A DNA stretch of 64,000 nt from NCBI GenBank assembly GCA_050575255.1, contig JBNZDD010013687.1, forward strand, positions 2,261,312 through 2,325,311. Reading direction: 5' to 3'. A model generated the notes under the pieces. The model saw nothing but the letters and a program-made list of their open reading frames with translations. It made no database searches and was not told the DNA's origin. The position numbers and the translations under genes are program-made. Source of the stretch: Harriotta raleighana (lineage: Eukaryota). Positions 1-12,245 of this stretch are shown one piece after another (within the stretch, counting starts at the first letter, position 1; the number at the start of each line of letters is the position of its first letter).

Positions 1-170
1 GTACAAAGATGTGGGAGAGAGTAAGGAATGAGTGGAGACTCACATAGAGTACAAACACTGGCAACAAAAACAACAACAACAAAGCTACATTTACAGAGCG
101 CCTTTCATGTCGGGAGGACAAGGATGAGTTGGGCCAAATGGCATGTTTCTATGATGTGAATATATGTAAA
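1..170. mobile_element. CR1 3' tail (+) interrupted by an antisense L2 tail (about 62-120)
   Basis: aaacactggca|caacaa...gcctttcatgtcgggaggac|aggatgagttgggccaaatggc. Confidence 0.55.
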
Positions 171-1474
171 TCATGCTAACTTAGCATTTTGCCATTTTTG
201 CTTCAAACGACACATTCCATATCAGTACTTACAGATTTTTCTCAATTTATAATGGACGGGGACTTGGAGGCTGCTGCAAAAGTATGAGCTGCTGATAGTT
301 ATTAGATGATATTTTTTCATCCATGCTAATAAAAGCACACTGCTTGCATAAAGCATTAATTCATATTTTCTAAATAACATTTTAGGAAACTAACTTGTAA
401 AATAGGTATTTCTCCCTCATTTTGACAATAAAAGCAATGTTAGGTCCCTTGCTTTTAAATCAACTGCAAGATCATTGCCATGACACAGGCAAAACAGTTT
501 ACAAGTTGCATCCTTTGTGAATTCACCACACAAAAAAACACTAACAGGTTAGATCTAAAGGATGAAGTATTTATAACTGAAGGCAATGGCCAATAAAGGA
601 TCCACTTTAGTGTCATACTGTTCCTCTTCAACTGTTCTTTTGGGTGGTGGGGCTGCTGCCGATTTAGCTATAAAATCACACAAAGCAAGACGATTAAATG
701 CTATTGCTCACCAGCCTTGACGGCTTTCATAAAGAAACCCTGCTTTGGTCCTGAGCCCCAAATATGTGACAGACTAGATCTGCAATAGAGGATAAATAAA
801 TAACACATGCGGCAACGGTGCAAATCCCAAATATATTGTGTTCACAATGGTATTGCATCCAGTAATACATTTTTTTTTAAAAATGAAGGCAAAAATAAAC
901 TCAATTGGAAATTTAATCTTGATATTAGGACTTTATCCTCTATAGCATATTAATTATTTCACAAAGCTTTGGAAATAAACTTTGTTCGACCATCGATGTG
1001 GTCCACCTAGTGGTGATTGAAGTTCTCAAATGAGCAGTGAGCCTGAAACTTCTCGTGGGTATTTTGTTCTTCCCTCTCCAGAACTGTCATTCTTTGAAAG
1101 GAACAAGGGACTCAGAGACTCTGTAGCTGTACAGTACAGTTTTGGGCTGCAATTTTTTTTTTGAATTTTAACAGTCAGCCTTTGTTCAATTACTGTAAGG
1201 GAAGCCTGCTCGCCCCTTTATCATCAAACTATGGCTGGGGGAATTAAAAACAAACACCAGTGCAACATCATTACAGTGTTATGCTGTGTGCCAAGTGAAT
1301 AAATAATATCCTATATTAGAAGCTACAACTTATTTTATACACAGCAGAGCAGATAATTGTGCTGAGGTATTTTTCTGCCTGCCTTGGTTTTTAGATTTTA
1401 CATTGCCTCACAGGATTGGAATATGCAGCATCACCAGGATGAAGAAATTGCACCTAATTTAGATTTTGTAGTAT

Positions 1475-1677
1475 TTTCTTAGCATTTCAGGGCGTGTGGA
1501 AATTGGCAACTTGTTGAGACCAGGCTCAACTTTGAACCCAATTTTGAGCAATGTAGTTCTAAAAAGAACTTAGNTTTCTTAGCATTTCAGGGCGTGTGGA
1601 AATTGGCAACTTGTTGAGACCAGGTACTAAGCAACTTTGAACCCAATTTTGAGCAATGTAGTTCTAAAAAGAACTTA
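1475..1677. other. Tandem near-duplicate across a single N (probable uncollapsed alleles)
   Basis: 1475-1572 and 1575-1677 flank the N at 1574 and differ only by a small central indel. Confidence 0.8.
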
Positions 1678-1699
1678 CAAAAAAAAGCTTCAATAATAT

Positions 1700-1957
1700 T
1701 GTATTTAAGAATACTTTCAGATCCACAGAGATAACAGACAAGGGGATAGAGGAAAAGAGCAATTTCAGGACTGATACCAGTAAACAATTATATATCCAGA
1801 GGGTAATTAATAACTTGAGCAGGATCCCAGGAAGGGTTGTTGAGGCCAACATACTGGAGTCATTTAAAAAGCAGTTCAATGCTTTCATGGGAGGATAGTA
1901 TGGTTAGATGAGATGAGATAGGTCAAAGAGTCTTCATTCAAATCTCTCTTATGTAAT
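1700..1957 (+). mobile_element. CR1 LINE 3' end
   Basis: cagagggtaattaa...gggttgttgaggccaac...tcatttaaaaagcag motifs typical of the CR1 ORF2 end, then a short 3' UTR. Confidence 0.65.
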
Positions 1958-2654
1958 TTGTGAAACTGGATGCTCTAAAATTCTGAGAAGAAAGAGCTAA
2001 TCTAGACCTGGATGGATTATCTATCGGTTTTAAATGAAAAACCTTACTAAAACCCCCTCGATAGAAATAAAACATGAAATTGGTGGTTTATTGGATAAAC
2101 ACTGAAAAATGGTTATATTTATTCATAAGATGTATGTAATGCTAAACACATTTGCAGTTCACTTAACAGATTACAGGATATCTTTCTTTTCAAACAATCA
2201 ATAATTAAAAAAACTCAAATCACCTCCCTGGGCACAAGAACGAGTCAACTGTTGTACACCAATTTTGCAAATTTACATTTAATGGGTCTTCATTCGGAGC
2301 AGATGAACAGATTTAAGCACTGCTGGCTTTTTGTTCGCTGCCATATTGCTTGAAAGTTATTTTTATTGCCCTCATCAGGGCTTACGGTACTAAGCATGCT
2401 AGCAAATTAATAGCATTGTGGGTAGTCAATAGCACCCAAGATATTAAGAAAGACAGTAGTTACAAATAAAGCGCCATTATTCTGTACTCCGAGGTACATT
2501 TTGTGTGGTGGTGCATTGTGCACTCGCGTAATGGAGTCACATTGCTATATTATGTGCTGATGTTGATATTCTTTTAGTGAATTGAGAGGGGATAATGACC
2601 AATTCTCTGTGCCATCATTCCTATTACTGTAAAATGAGCATTCCGAGGAAAGCT

Positions 2655-2955
2655 GGAACCCTGTAGCTGAGTGGTTAGAGCACTCGCCTTACAAGCAAGA
2701 GACGTGGGATCAATTCCTGGAAGGGTGATACCTTGGCAAATTTCCTTACCCCCCACGCTAATAATCATCCCTCAATAAAATCGGTTATTTCAATCCACGA
2801 CTGTTTGTGGGACACTGCTGTGCACAATTGGTTGCCACATTTTGCCCACAAATACAGTATACAGTCAATTCACTTTACGGTATATTCTGTGAAGCGCTTT
2901 GAGACGGCTAGAAGACATGATAAGCGCTATATCAAATGGAAGGATTATTATTATT
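2655..2955 (+). mobile_element. Full-length tRNA-derived SINE (family A: Deu-type core, L2-like tail, (ATT)n)
   Basis: A-box tagctgagtggttagagc, B-box-like ggatcaattcc, core tgtttgtgggacactgctgtgcacaattggttgcc, tail aagcgctttgagac...gcgctatatcaaatggaaggattattattatt; many copies in the window. Confidence 0.9.
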
Positions 2956-3006
2956 AAAGAAAGTTGGCTTTCAAACGCATACATTGGATTCAGTTTGCTT
3001 TGATTA

Positions 3007-3073
3007 TAGATTCATAGATTCATAGAAGTTTACGGCACAAAAGGAGGCCATTCGGCCCATCTAGTCTGTGCCG
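3007..3073 (-). mobile_element. CR1 3'-terminal fragment
   Basis: (tagattca)2 terminal octamer repeat and ggaggccattcggcccat hairpin motif. Confidence 0.75.
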
Positions 3074-4744
3074 ATTAACTTGATACTATATTAAGAGTAT
3101 CTTGGGTTTAATAAGATTTCAATTGTCATGCTATCACAAAGATACGTTTCCAAAGAAGTAAGATCACCTCCTGGTTATAAACTGATCAGCGACATGCAAA
3201 CTTATTTCTGAAGTCACTGCTTCTTGGCTCAAGATGATACTTTCCTATATCAAATCACTGATGTCCTCTCAACAGCAAATTTACATTACGGAACATCACA
3301 AACAATGCCAATGCATCTGCTGGTAGTCACTTCAGTGCCCAAACTACAAATAGCATGAAGCTGGATTTTGTACAATTTGGGAGATAAATAAGCAAATACA
3401 GTACAACACAAATTGAAGGCAGGGCAACGGCTATGTTGGGATTTTTCTTCAATTGCACATTCATTACCGTGCTGCTCTGATTTCACTCACCACAGAGCAA
3501 CAGCCACTAACATCATTCTTCACAGACAAAGGTCTGCTGACATAAATTGGTAGATAATAATCAAAGTCAATCATAATTGCCATTTAAGTAAAAGGACATA
3601 ATAACTAGAAGCACTGAATTTTGCCTTTGTCTGAAGCTACTACCTGTTTATCCATTTGATACAGAAAGTTCATGCTCCAATATTATGTTTGGCTTCTAGT
3701 TTCGATATCTTACAAAGTATGAACCTTTAGTTGTGTTAATCAAATAGGAAATAAAAGCAAGAGTACTTATTTCCTGATGTGCACTATAAGATAATGCTGT
3801 AAGCCTGTTGTGACAGCTGAAAGTGAACTGGTTTCTCTCACCAAACTTCTGGAAATCTCAGGCTGCATGAACCAAGTGCAACCCAGTTCTACTGAAATGC
3901 AAATAAGGCAATGTTATGATTGATATTGATATTTAAGCAGATTGCAGCTAATGGGGAAAAAATATACCGGTGAAAGCCTTTTGGATGGTTAACAAATTTC
4001 ACAGGTCAACAGTTTCATGAAAGTCTGCAATTGTCAGATACTTCAATAATTGCTTGGCCATTTCTCACAGACTGCAAGAATGTTCTTTGCAGTGATGTGG
4101 CTGTTCCTTTATTCAGGAGGTGTAACAGTATACGGTACTTGTATGTCTAGTTATAGGGGCTTGAAATGGTGTCTGACCCATGTTGCTGTGGGGTATTCAG
4201 AGGGGAACAACCAATGTGCGGCAAGTAAGCACTCTTTGTTTGTTATCATGATTTCAGATTCCAACCAGCTTCAATTCCCAGTCTAACATGACTTTGCTTC
4301 ACAAGTTATATGCCCCAGAGGGTCGACATGTTACAATTACAGTATGTTTTCTCAGGGGAAAGGGAACAAAAGATTTGCCAGCGTAAATCAGAAATTGGCT
4401 AGTTAAAGCAGAAGCAGCTGCACTGAAACAGAAACACAGTTTGACAGTGCATTGAGAAATCAATAAGCCCCACTTAGTTCCAAAAAATAATGCACATGAA
4501 GGGAAAATTAGGGACATATAGTTTCAGCTGAAGGCTATAATGATAAACACAATTGTCCTTTGAATTGCTTACTTACCAGACATATCCTTCACTGGAGGTT
4601 ATTATCACCATATGTGTAATAAAACTGGTAGAGGCCCATAGGGTTGGCTCTAGGCACCCTGTGCACACAAATCATAACTGGCACGGATGGATGCACAATA
4701 ATTTAAAAACTAGCGTATCAGCTAGGTAGAGAGGCTGAGGAATA

Positions 4745-5420
4745 GCAGATTAATGTTAATGTTGCTAACTTGTAAGGTGATGCATATTGGAACAGGGCAA
4801 ACAAAACCGTTCACAGTGAAGGCATATCAGAAGGATAGCAAACTTGAAAACAAATTGAAATTGATCACTCACTGAAGTTTCCTGTCAATTCAAACCTGTA
4901 ATCAACAAGGCTGATGATCTATAGCAATGCATTTCAAGTACATTTGACAAGTTATTTGCCCTCAAAAAGGTCATAACATTGGGGATTCAATTGCCATAGC
5001 ATTGATTATGTGCAATTTGGAACCTCTACCTTTACAAGGGTATTGATCTTTTGAAGAGAATTCAGAAAAGGATGGTAAGGGTGATTCTGAATCTTAGGAG
5101 CTCAAAGTTACATGAAAAGAGAGACAGTGAACTTATTTTCAACTTGGAGGAGTTCATGTGAAACAAGTTTTTGAATTATTGGCATGCTCAGATGATGTAG
5201 CTTGTAAGAAGATTATTCAATTTCGGCTGTGAGCGAGGAACAAACAGTAACAGGTTTAAAATGAACAAACCTCAAGTGAGACTGGAGATTAAAAGATGGT
5301 TCTTTGTCTACAGCGCAAAGCTATCTACAAGACACTATGGTAAAAGCAACTGATCTTATGCCAATTAATTCCTTTAAAAAAAACTATTTCCAAATGGATT
5401 GGGACAAGCTGGGGATTTTG
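4745..5420 (+). mobile_element. CR1-clade LINE ORF2 C-terminal relic, highly decayed
   Basis: tgtaaggtgatgcatattgg (CKVMHIG); gattatgtgcaatttgg (DY.VQFW-like); ttgaagagaattcagaaaagg (L.RIQKR); ggtttaaaatgaac...agatggttcttt. Confidence 0.65.
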
Positions 5421-5714
5421 GCAATGTTCTAAAAAGGCAGCAGTCCAAATTTGAATGACAGAGATGGATAAATATAGTAATACTGTAATAATAATAATCC
5501 TTGCATTTGATATATATATATCAAATATACAAAAATATATCCTGGACTTTGTCTCAATCACATTGGACAAATGGATTGTTTATGCAGCTAGGTGTCTGCT
5601 TGGCTCACCTGGCAATATTCTCACTACAAGGTCAGAAGACTGTGGAATTGTAATCTGGTCTGACTCAACAGTACATCACTGAGCTGAGTGCTGAATTGTT
5701 GGGAGGGATTGTCC

Positions 5715-5950
5715 AGGGAGAAATCAGACTAAGTTCCCATTGTTGATCACCATCCAATGAACTCTGCTGCAAAGGGAGAATGTTGGATGAGAATAGGACT
5801 GAGCTCAGCTGTGGTGTTTTCCAGTGAGGACCAGCTCTCTGACTCACACAGGAAGAAAAGCTTCTTGGCCAAGCTACATGAGGGTGACTGTGACCCATGC
5901 AACTGAACTCCAGTAAAAATATAACAGTGCCTTCAGGAAAAGAGGAGAAA
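5715..5950 (+). mobile_element. LF-SINE-like relic (central and 3' part)
   Basis: Collinear with the LF-SINE consensus as I recall it: aaatcag..agttccc..tgatcaccatccaatga..ctgctgcaaag; ttggatgagaataggactgagctcagctgtggtg; ctcacacaggaagaa; tgccttcaggaaaagaggagaaa. Confidence 0.65.
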
Positions 5951-6460
5951 ATTGGATAGATGTCAAAACATTACCCTATTAATTAATGCAAGTTATAGAA
6001 TATACAAGTTACTTCAGCTTGTAGATATTAATGTTGATACATTCACTTGAAGGTTATATTATTTCAGAAAAACATTGATTGGTTTCCTTTCCAACCTGCT
6101 CAATGGAAAGTGAAAGTCAGAAACACTACAGACACAATTAAGTGCTAATGGCAAGTTTGTGAAAAGAAATACAGATAACAGATGAAGTGTGAAATTGATT
6201 TCTGCTTAATGAATGACTTATAGATTCTCTCACAAGCATAAATCAATATCCTACTGTAGTTTTATTCATTAACTGGCAAGGGAGAATCATTGGCAATAGC
6301 CTCACTCTCACTGAGCTGGAACAAATCAGCCTTTAACACATAATTTGCACTGTCAAAAGCAGCTTGATACTACAAGTTACACCAAGTGCAATATACCTTC
6401 AGGACATGCATTGCCACACCCACCTTCCTTCAGATTGTAATGGGTTGTGAACCTCCTGTG

Positions 6461-6660
6461 ATGGGCATCAGTCTGGCTCAGTGATAGCACTCTCGCCTTT
6501 GATTCAAAAGGTTGTAAGTTGAAGGCCCACTCCAAGCTGGCGCTCCAATGGTTTGCTACACTGTGGGAGGCACTGTCCTTTGGATCAGACGTTAAATCAA
6601 GTCCCATCTGACGTCACATTATGGCATTATTGGCTGTTTGTGAGATATTGCTGTGCACAC
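6461..6660 (+). mobile_element. Older DeuSINE (SacSINE1-like, family B) fragment
   Basis: tggctcagtgatagcactctcgcctttgattcaaaaggttgt head; gcactgtcctttggatcagacgttaaa; gtttgtgagatattgctgtgc core. Confidence 0.7.
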
Positions 6661-6870
6661 CTTGGATTCTAGGATCTCCCCCCCACCCCTCCACCCACCC
6701 CATCAAATGTAACAATTATTATTATAACATCACACCACTGGGTAAAGAAACATTGCTCTCCTGTTTGCAACACAAGCAGCAAACAACTCCCCTCAGTGAT
6801 TTCATGCCAACTACACAATCACTGGGCTCAGGTGACATGTGTAAGCTACCCGAATGTCATCTCCACACAC

Positions 6871-7143
6871 CTGTGTTCGAATCCAGGCAGATCAGGGTGA
6901 ATCCTTGAGCACATTTCCTTACTCCACATGCCTAATAATAATCCCTTCAAAAAAACCCACAATAACAAAAATTGGTCATTTCAATCCATGACTGCTTGTG
7001 GGAAACTGCTGTGTGCAATTGGCTGCCACGTTTCACCCAGAAATATACAGTCAATTTACTTTACAGTATAGTCTGTAAAGCGCTTTGAGATGTCGATAAG
7101 ATGTGAAAAGCGCTATATCAAATGCAAGGATTATTATTATTAT
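6871..7143 (+). mobile_element. Family A SINE, 5'-degraded
   Basis: B-box gttcgaatcc, then body and tail collinear with 2655-2955. Confidence 0.85.
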
Positions 7144-10100
7144 GTGAATGCCAATTAATAGCAAAACAAACACCCTGTTGTGATCAACTCACAACTGTTT
7201 CAGAAATTTGGTCTCTGGCTTTACTAATGCAAATATACACAGAGTCAGTTTTCTCTGTTGCACAACTTTCTTCACAGTATCACAGCATGTTTCCCTCAAC
7301 CGGTCTGGGCTTGGATACACCAGTGTTTCCCAGGAGACACATTGACATCACAGGAACAAGAGCCTTGTTCGTGTGTGCATATTCTTTTGGTAGCTTGATC
7401 TGTTTTCATCACCAACATAGTTCCATAAGTATTTATAATCCTTAACCAGAAAAGACTTCTGAAATTTAAAGCGGACCATCATGAAAATCTATGAAGGAAT
7501 CGTCTGGATTTGAAGACAGTATATCAAATCCAGAGAATTATTATAAACCAAATGTAACGCAAAGCATATAGAGACAGAACATATTCTTAGCAAAGCTAAC
7601 GAGTTTAGTACAAATGTTTTAATTTAGGTAAATGTAATAGGTTGTTACATAGTTTGCTTCAAATACTAAATCTAGTTTTGCTTTAAAATACTGTATCTTG
7701 ATTTTCAACTGGATCGTTTTATGGCTTATCTTGCACCCATGCATAGCAGCATCCACAGAGTTGCAGCTTAATAAGACAGATATCACTTCCTCGAGTTTCT
7801 CCTGGTTCACTGAAGGAACAAATTGCTTTCACTACTGGACCTGATGATATACGCGTGAAAATGAAGGGTTTTAGTACATTTCTTTGGTTATGTCGTTTGG
7901 GAAAGTCATTCATCTCATTCACGCATCAAACTGACTAGGTGAGTTTGATGTTTGTATTCCAGTAAAACACAGTTCAATTGTTTCAATGTCAAATGTATAT
8001 CAAGTGTTAGCTTTGTCCAATTCCCCTTTCATAGAGTTGATAATTATTTGAAGGCAAGTAAAAGCAAAAAGTTTTTATGTGACTCATGTTAAATATTTAA
8101 CTGCAAGTATTGTACATTGAAGATAATTGGAAGTTGAAGGATGGCTACACATATGTGGACTAACATCAGGTAAAGAATCTTTTGCAGAATTTATGCACTA
8201 TAGTAACTGACTCATCTAAAAGCTGATTGGGAGTTGGCTTTTTCTTTCCAAACCAGGGTGAGGTGGGTTTTGTTCAGTATGTTCTGTTTGGTGATCAATG
8301 GCATAATTGAGTGGAAAACGAGTATTGTATTGTATATTCTACAATTGAACTAACATGCTTCCTTTTCCTCGTTTCATATGTGGATTCACTCACATTTGAT
8401 AAAGGGAGTAAAACAATAAGCCCAGTGGTTTATACTTCAGCTATGGGACTCTAGACTGAAAACACCTTACCATGTTGGTACTGGACTTCCATTTATTCAG
8501 GACTGTCAAGCAGGAAATGAAGGAACATATTTTAGCTGTATTAAAAAGCTGTTGTTGGTGCAAATTAATAAAGCTTTCAGTTAATAACTCCAAATGATGA
8601 ATAGTTCATTTTGATAATCGAGTGTAATGCTGAGCGCTCCATTGTCAGCAATTTTCTGCATTATTTTTCTTCCCTGAACAATAGAAAGATTATAAAAAGG
8701 AAGCTTGTGCCTGTATCAGTCTAACCCATTTCATCTACAAAAATACACAGACGCAACACTTAACAGTAAATTTAGTGAATCTCTTTGAGACATCTTAATG
8801 ATGTGAAAAGGCATTAAATCAAATGCAAGAATTTTATTATTAGTAAATAAGTAAAATTAATAAATAAAGTCCTTAGAACTTGGAGTCTGGACTAAAGGAT
8901 TATTGTTAAATCTCATGGCAGTGATGTGTTCTGAAGTGAGAAAGACCGAGAAGACAATTTAACATTTTTGTCCAATGAAAACCTTTGAAACAACTATCTC
9001 TGATACATCTACAAGTGAATGATGCCAGAAACTGAGACTATTTTTAAGTGAACAAATATCGGCCTAAATTTAGTGGGAAAATTGCGTATTGTGTAATAGC
9101 AATGAGATGAATGAATGGCATGTAAATTCCATGAATAATAATCATTTTGGATAGAATGGCTGATTCTTTGAGTTATAAAACTAAAGAGCGTGTGTCAAAC
9201 AACAAAAGTTGCGAAAACATTGCAAAGAAAATGTAAACTGGAAGCTAAGCAGATTATTAGTGTCAGAAAATATAAAACGAATTGGTGGGATAACAGGGAG
9301 TAACAAGTAAAACTGACCTCAGCTTGCTGTCAGATAGAGAAGCAAGGCATCATTTCTTTGCACATCTGCTGTGTTAAATATTGATGTTTTGAATTTACTA
9401 GCTTCAGGCATTGGAAAGTCTAAAAGAACAGGTACGTGTACAACATGACAATTAATTCTGGTTCTGCCTCAGGAAGCCATTCCGAAAGGCAATTCTGATG
9501 AAAAATATAAAATTACGAGTGGGACTGGTATTTCTGAAACATTCACTGCTGTTTAAGTAAGCACTGCTTACCATCTGTACTTCTTGGGATTCAGCCTAAA
9601 ATATACCCCTGCAAACACATTCTCTAGAAAACAAAATGCATCAAATCTGAAGGAAATAAAGACCAGGAACATTGTCATTGTCAGTAGTGTTTCTTAGCAT
9701 TTCAAAAGGAAAAAATAAATGGCTTTAAAGATTTACAGATAATTAGAGTACAAAACATAGTCACAATTCATCGGTATAAATGAAAGAAAGTGCAGCAAAA
9801 AGAACAGCGATTTGGTTCTCCACAGGGTATGCTTTTAAAAATCAATAAAAATGTCTCATCGAGCATTTCTCTGGGAATTTGGCAGCAGAAGCTAAAGTAG
9901 TGATCTCAAACAGGATTCCTTCAGTAAGGAAGCGAGAAGTGGATCCTCCTTTAACACAACTGCTTCTGGGCAACAGAAGGAATTCTCACTCGGATTCCTC
10001 AACTTAGGGATCCCATCTAAAATTGCAGCCCTTCAGATCCCAGAATCTTTCTGCAGTAGCAATCAGTTCAGTCTGACCCTCGTCTCTCACGCAATACCAA

Positions 10101-12073
10101 AAATAAGGTGAGAAGTTCAACACTTAGAATTTTCTGTGTATGTTTTTTTAAAAGTTACTAAACATTTTATCTTTTCACCTATTGATATTCTTAAGAGAGT
10201 TTGTGGAGGGGGACGTCCACATGAAGGACAGATTGACTTTATATGATGTAAAGTGATATTGCACAAACCAGTTGAAAGATATGGCCTAGAAGCAGGATCA
10301 GGTCAAAAGTTCTACTCAGGATACTTTGTTCACCCTCTAATAACTGGGAGAGAAGTTGGTGGAAGGGAATAATTATGGTTTCTGTAAGCAAACACACCAG
10401 GCTTCAATAGTACAGATGCGAGCATTTTGTATTATGGAATAAAAGAATGGACTAGATTTTATGTAGACTAAAGGTGTAATTGGCTTCATTGTCTGAATGG
10501 CTTTCCCCATCCCCAGAGAAAATGCTTCTTATTTTCTTCTGATCAATGGCAGTGTAGAAAGTAAAGGTGGCCAATCATTATGGTCAGCCAACAAAATACA
10601 TTTTCTTGATTGAATATTTCTTGATTTGCAGCATAAATTATTTCCGGCCCATGGCCCGTAGGGTGGCCACCGCTGCAATAGGTCGTGAGATTGAAAGAAT
10701 AACTTTCTTTGAGGTTTGATGCTTACATGATGGGCCAAATTGCTTGCTTTTGTGCTGCTTTGTAGGCCTGTTGTTTGATATCCTCCTTCAGAATGAAAGA
10801 ATCCTTCTCAAACAATGAACCATTTGATGATCAGAATTCATTGGAAACACTGGGCATAATCTCATTGCTAAATATACCACTTACAACAGCTTTACACTAG
10901 CACCTGGATCTTCTGGAATTAATATAGTACACCATCAGCAGTGAGTGGTCACACTGGTAGAAATGATACATTGCTAACTAAATGTCTTCACAAATCCATA
11001 CCAGGTATTTAATAACAATAATCATTCCCTTTGATATTACAGCTTTCCCATCAGGAAAACGTCTTAAAATGCTTCACACATTTACTGTAAAGATTAGTGA
11101 GTAAGTATGCTTTAGGTGGATGCAACAGTTAATTTGCCCACAGCAGTGCCACAAACAGAATGTCATCTGTAAACTTTGCGGTGTCCTAAAGTCAAGATAA
11201 AAAGCGATATCAAACTTTAGAAGTGGGATCACAGATGCTATCAACATTTTAATCTGTAGGGGACTAATTAGAAAGCAGAGTCACATTTTGTTGAATATTT
11301 ATGTAGCAAAATGTTTAATTCTGACATTAACAAAATGAGAGATCATTTGAAAGTCTTATGTAAAGAATTTAGTGAAAACATATTAAATTATAAATGTATA
11401 TTTACGTCAGCAAATTAGCAAGATGCTCATCATTTGCACGATGAAGTATATGAATTCTTTCTTTTCTTTAAACAGAAAAGTCAGAGATTAGGTGGTGGGT
11501 TTATCTGAACAGTAATCTATCTGTCTTTATCTCTGAGGATTGGTCTTCAAAGATTCCCCAAGTTAGCATGATGTATTTCCATTTTACTTATTGACAAATT
11601 ACAATAGAAATCACTGCATAATAATTCAAGCCCCATAATAATTCAATTTCTAAGGGAATTTCTCCATTTATTCTCATGAAAAGCATATTTTCCTAAAACT
11701 CCTCTTCTCCAACCATAACTCTAGCCTGTGAGGGTAATGACCCTTCCAAAGACAAAGGACAGAGTGAAAGCAATGCAGAGGGAATTCTACACTAGAGCAG
11801 TCTCAGTCAATGATTAAAAATAGAAATGTCATAAAAGAGAGTAATAACATATAAACTAGAACCAGCAAATTGGGTCAGAAACCCACAGTGTGCAGTTTAT
11901 AAATCGAATTAGAAAAAGCACAGCTAATGAACCAGCTAATGCCTTGGATTTAACACTGAAAAAGAGCAATGGACAAACATTGGTTCCAAACTCATCAAGA
12001 TTTAAGAAGTCAGGAACGATGTGAGTCACTGAGGTACATATTGTGGCATTTACTATTGCTTTTTTTTTCTCTC

Positions 12074-12245
12074 AAGAAATTATTATCAGGCATGTGGAGT
12101 AAGGCAACTTGGGTTTTGCCCTGCCTGGAATTTAACCCAGGTCTCTTGCTTGCAAGGTGAGTTCTCAAAGCTGCATGATTTCCACACGCCTCTAATAGAA
12201 GACTCCATTGCTTGCAAAGTGAGTGCTCTAACCACTAAGCTATAT
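12074..12245 (-). mobile_element. Family A SINE head fragment(s)
   Basis: ggcatgtggagtaagg...cccaggtctcttgcttgcaagg, followed by a second ttgcttgcaaagtgagtgctctaaccactaagcta. Confidence 0.75.

Noticed and set aside
2655-2730. tRNA gene (Val/Ala-like) at SINE heads
   Set aside because: Each head runs directly into SINE body, is multi-copy and degenerate, and has no proper acceptor stem or poly-T terminator.
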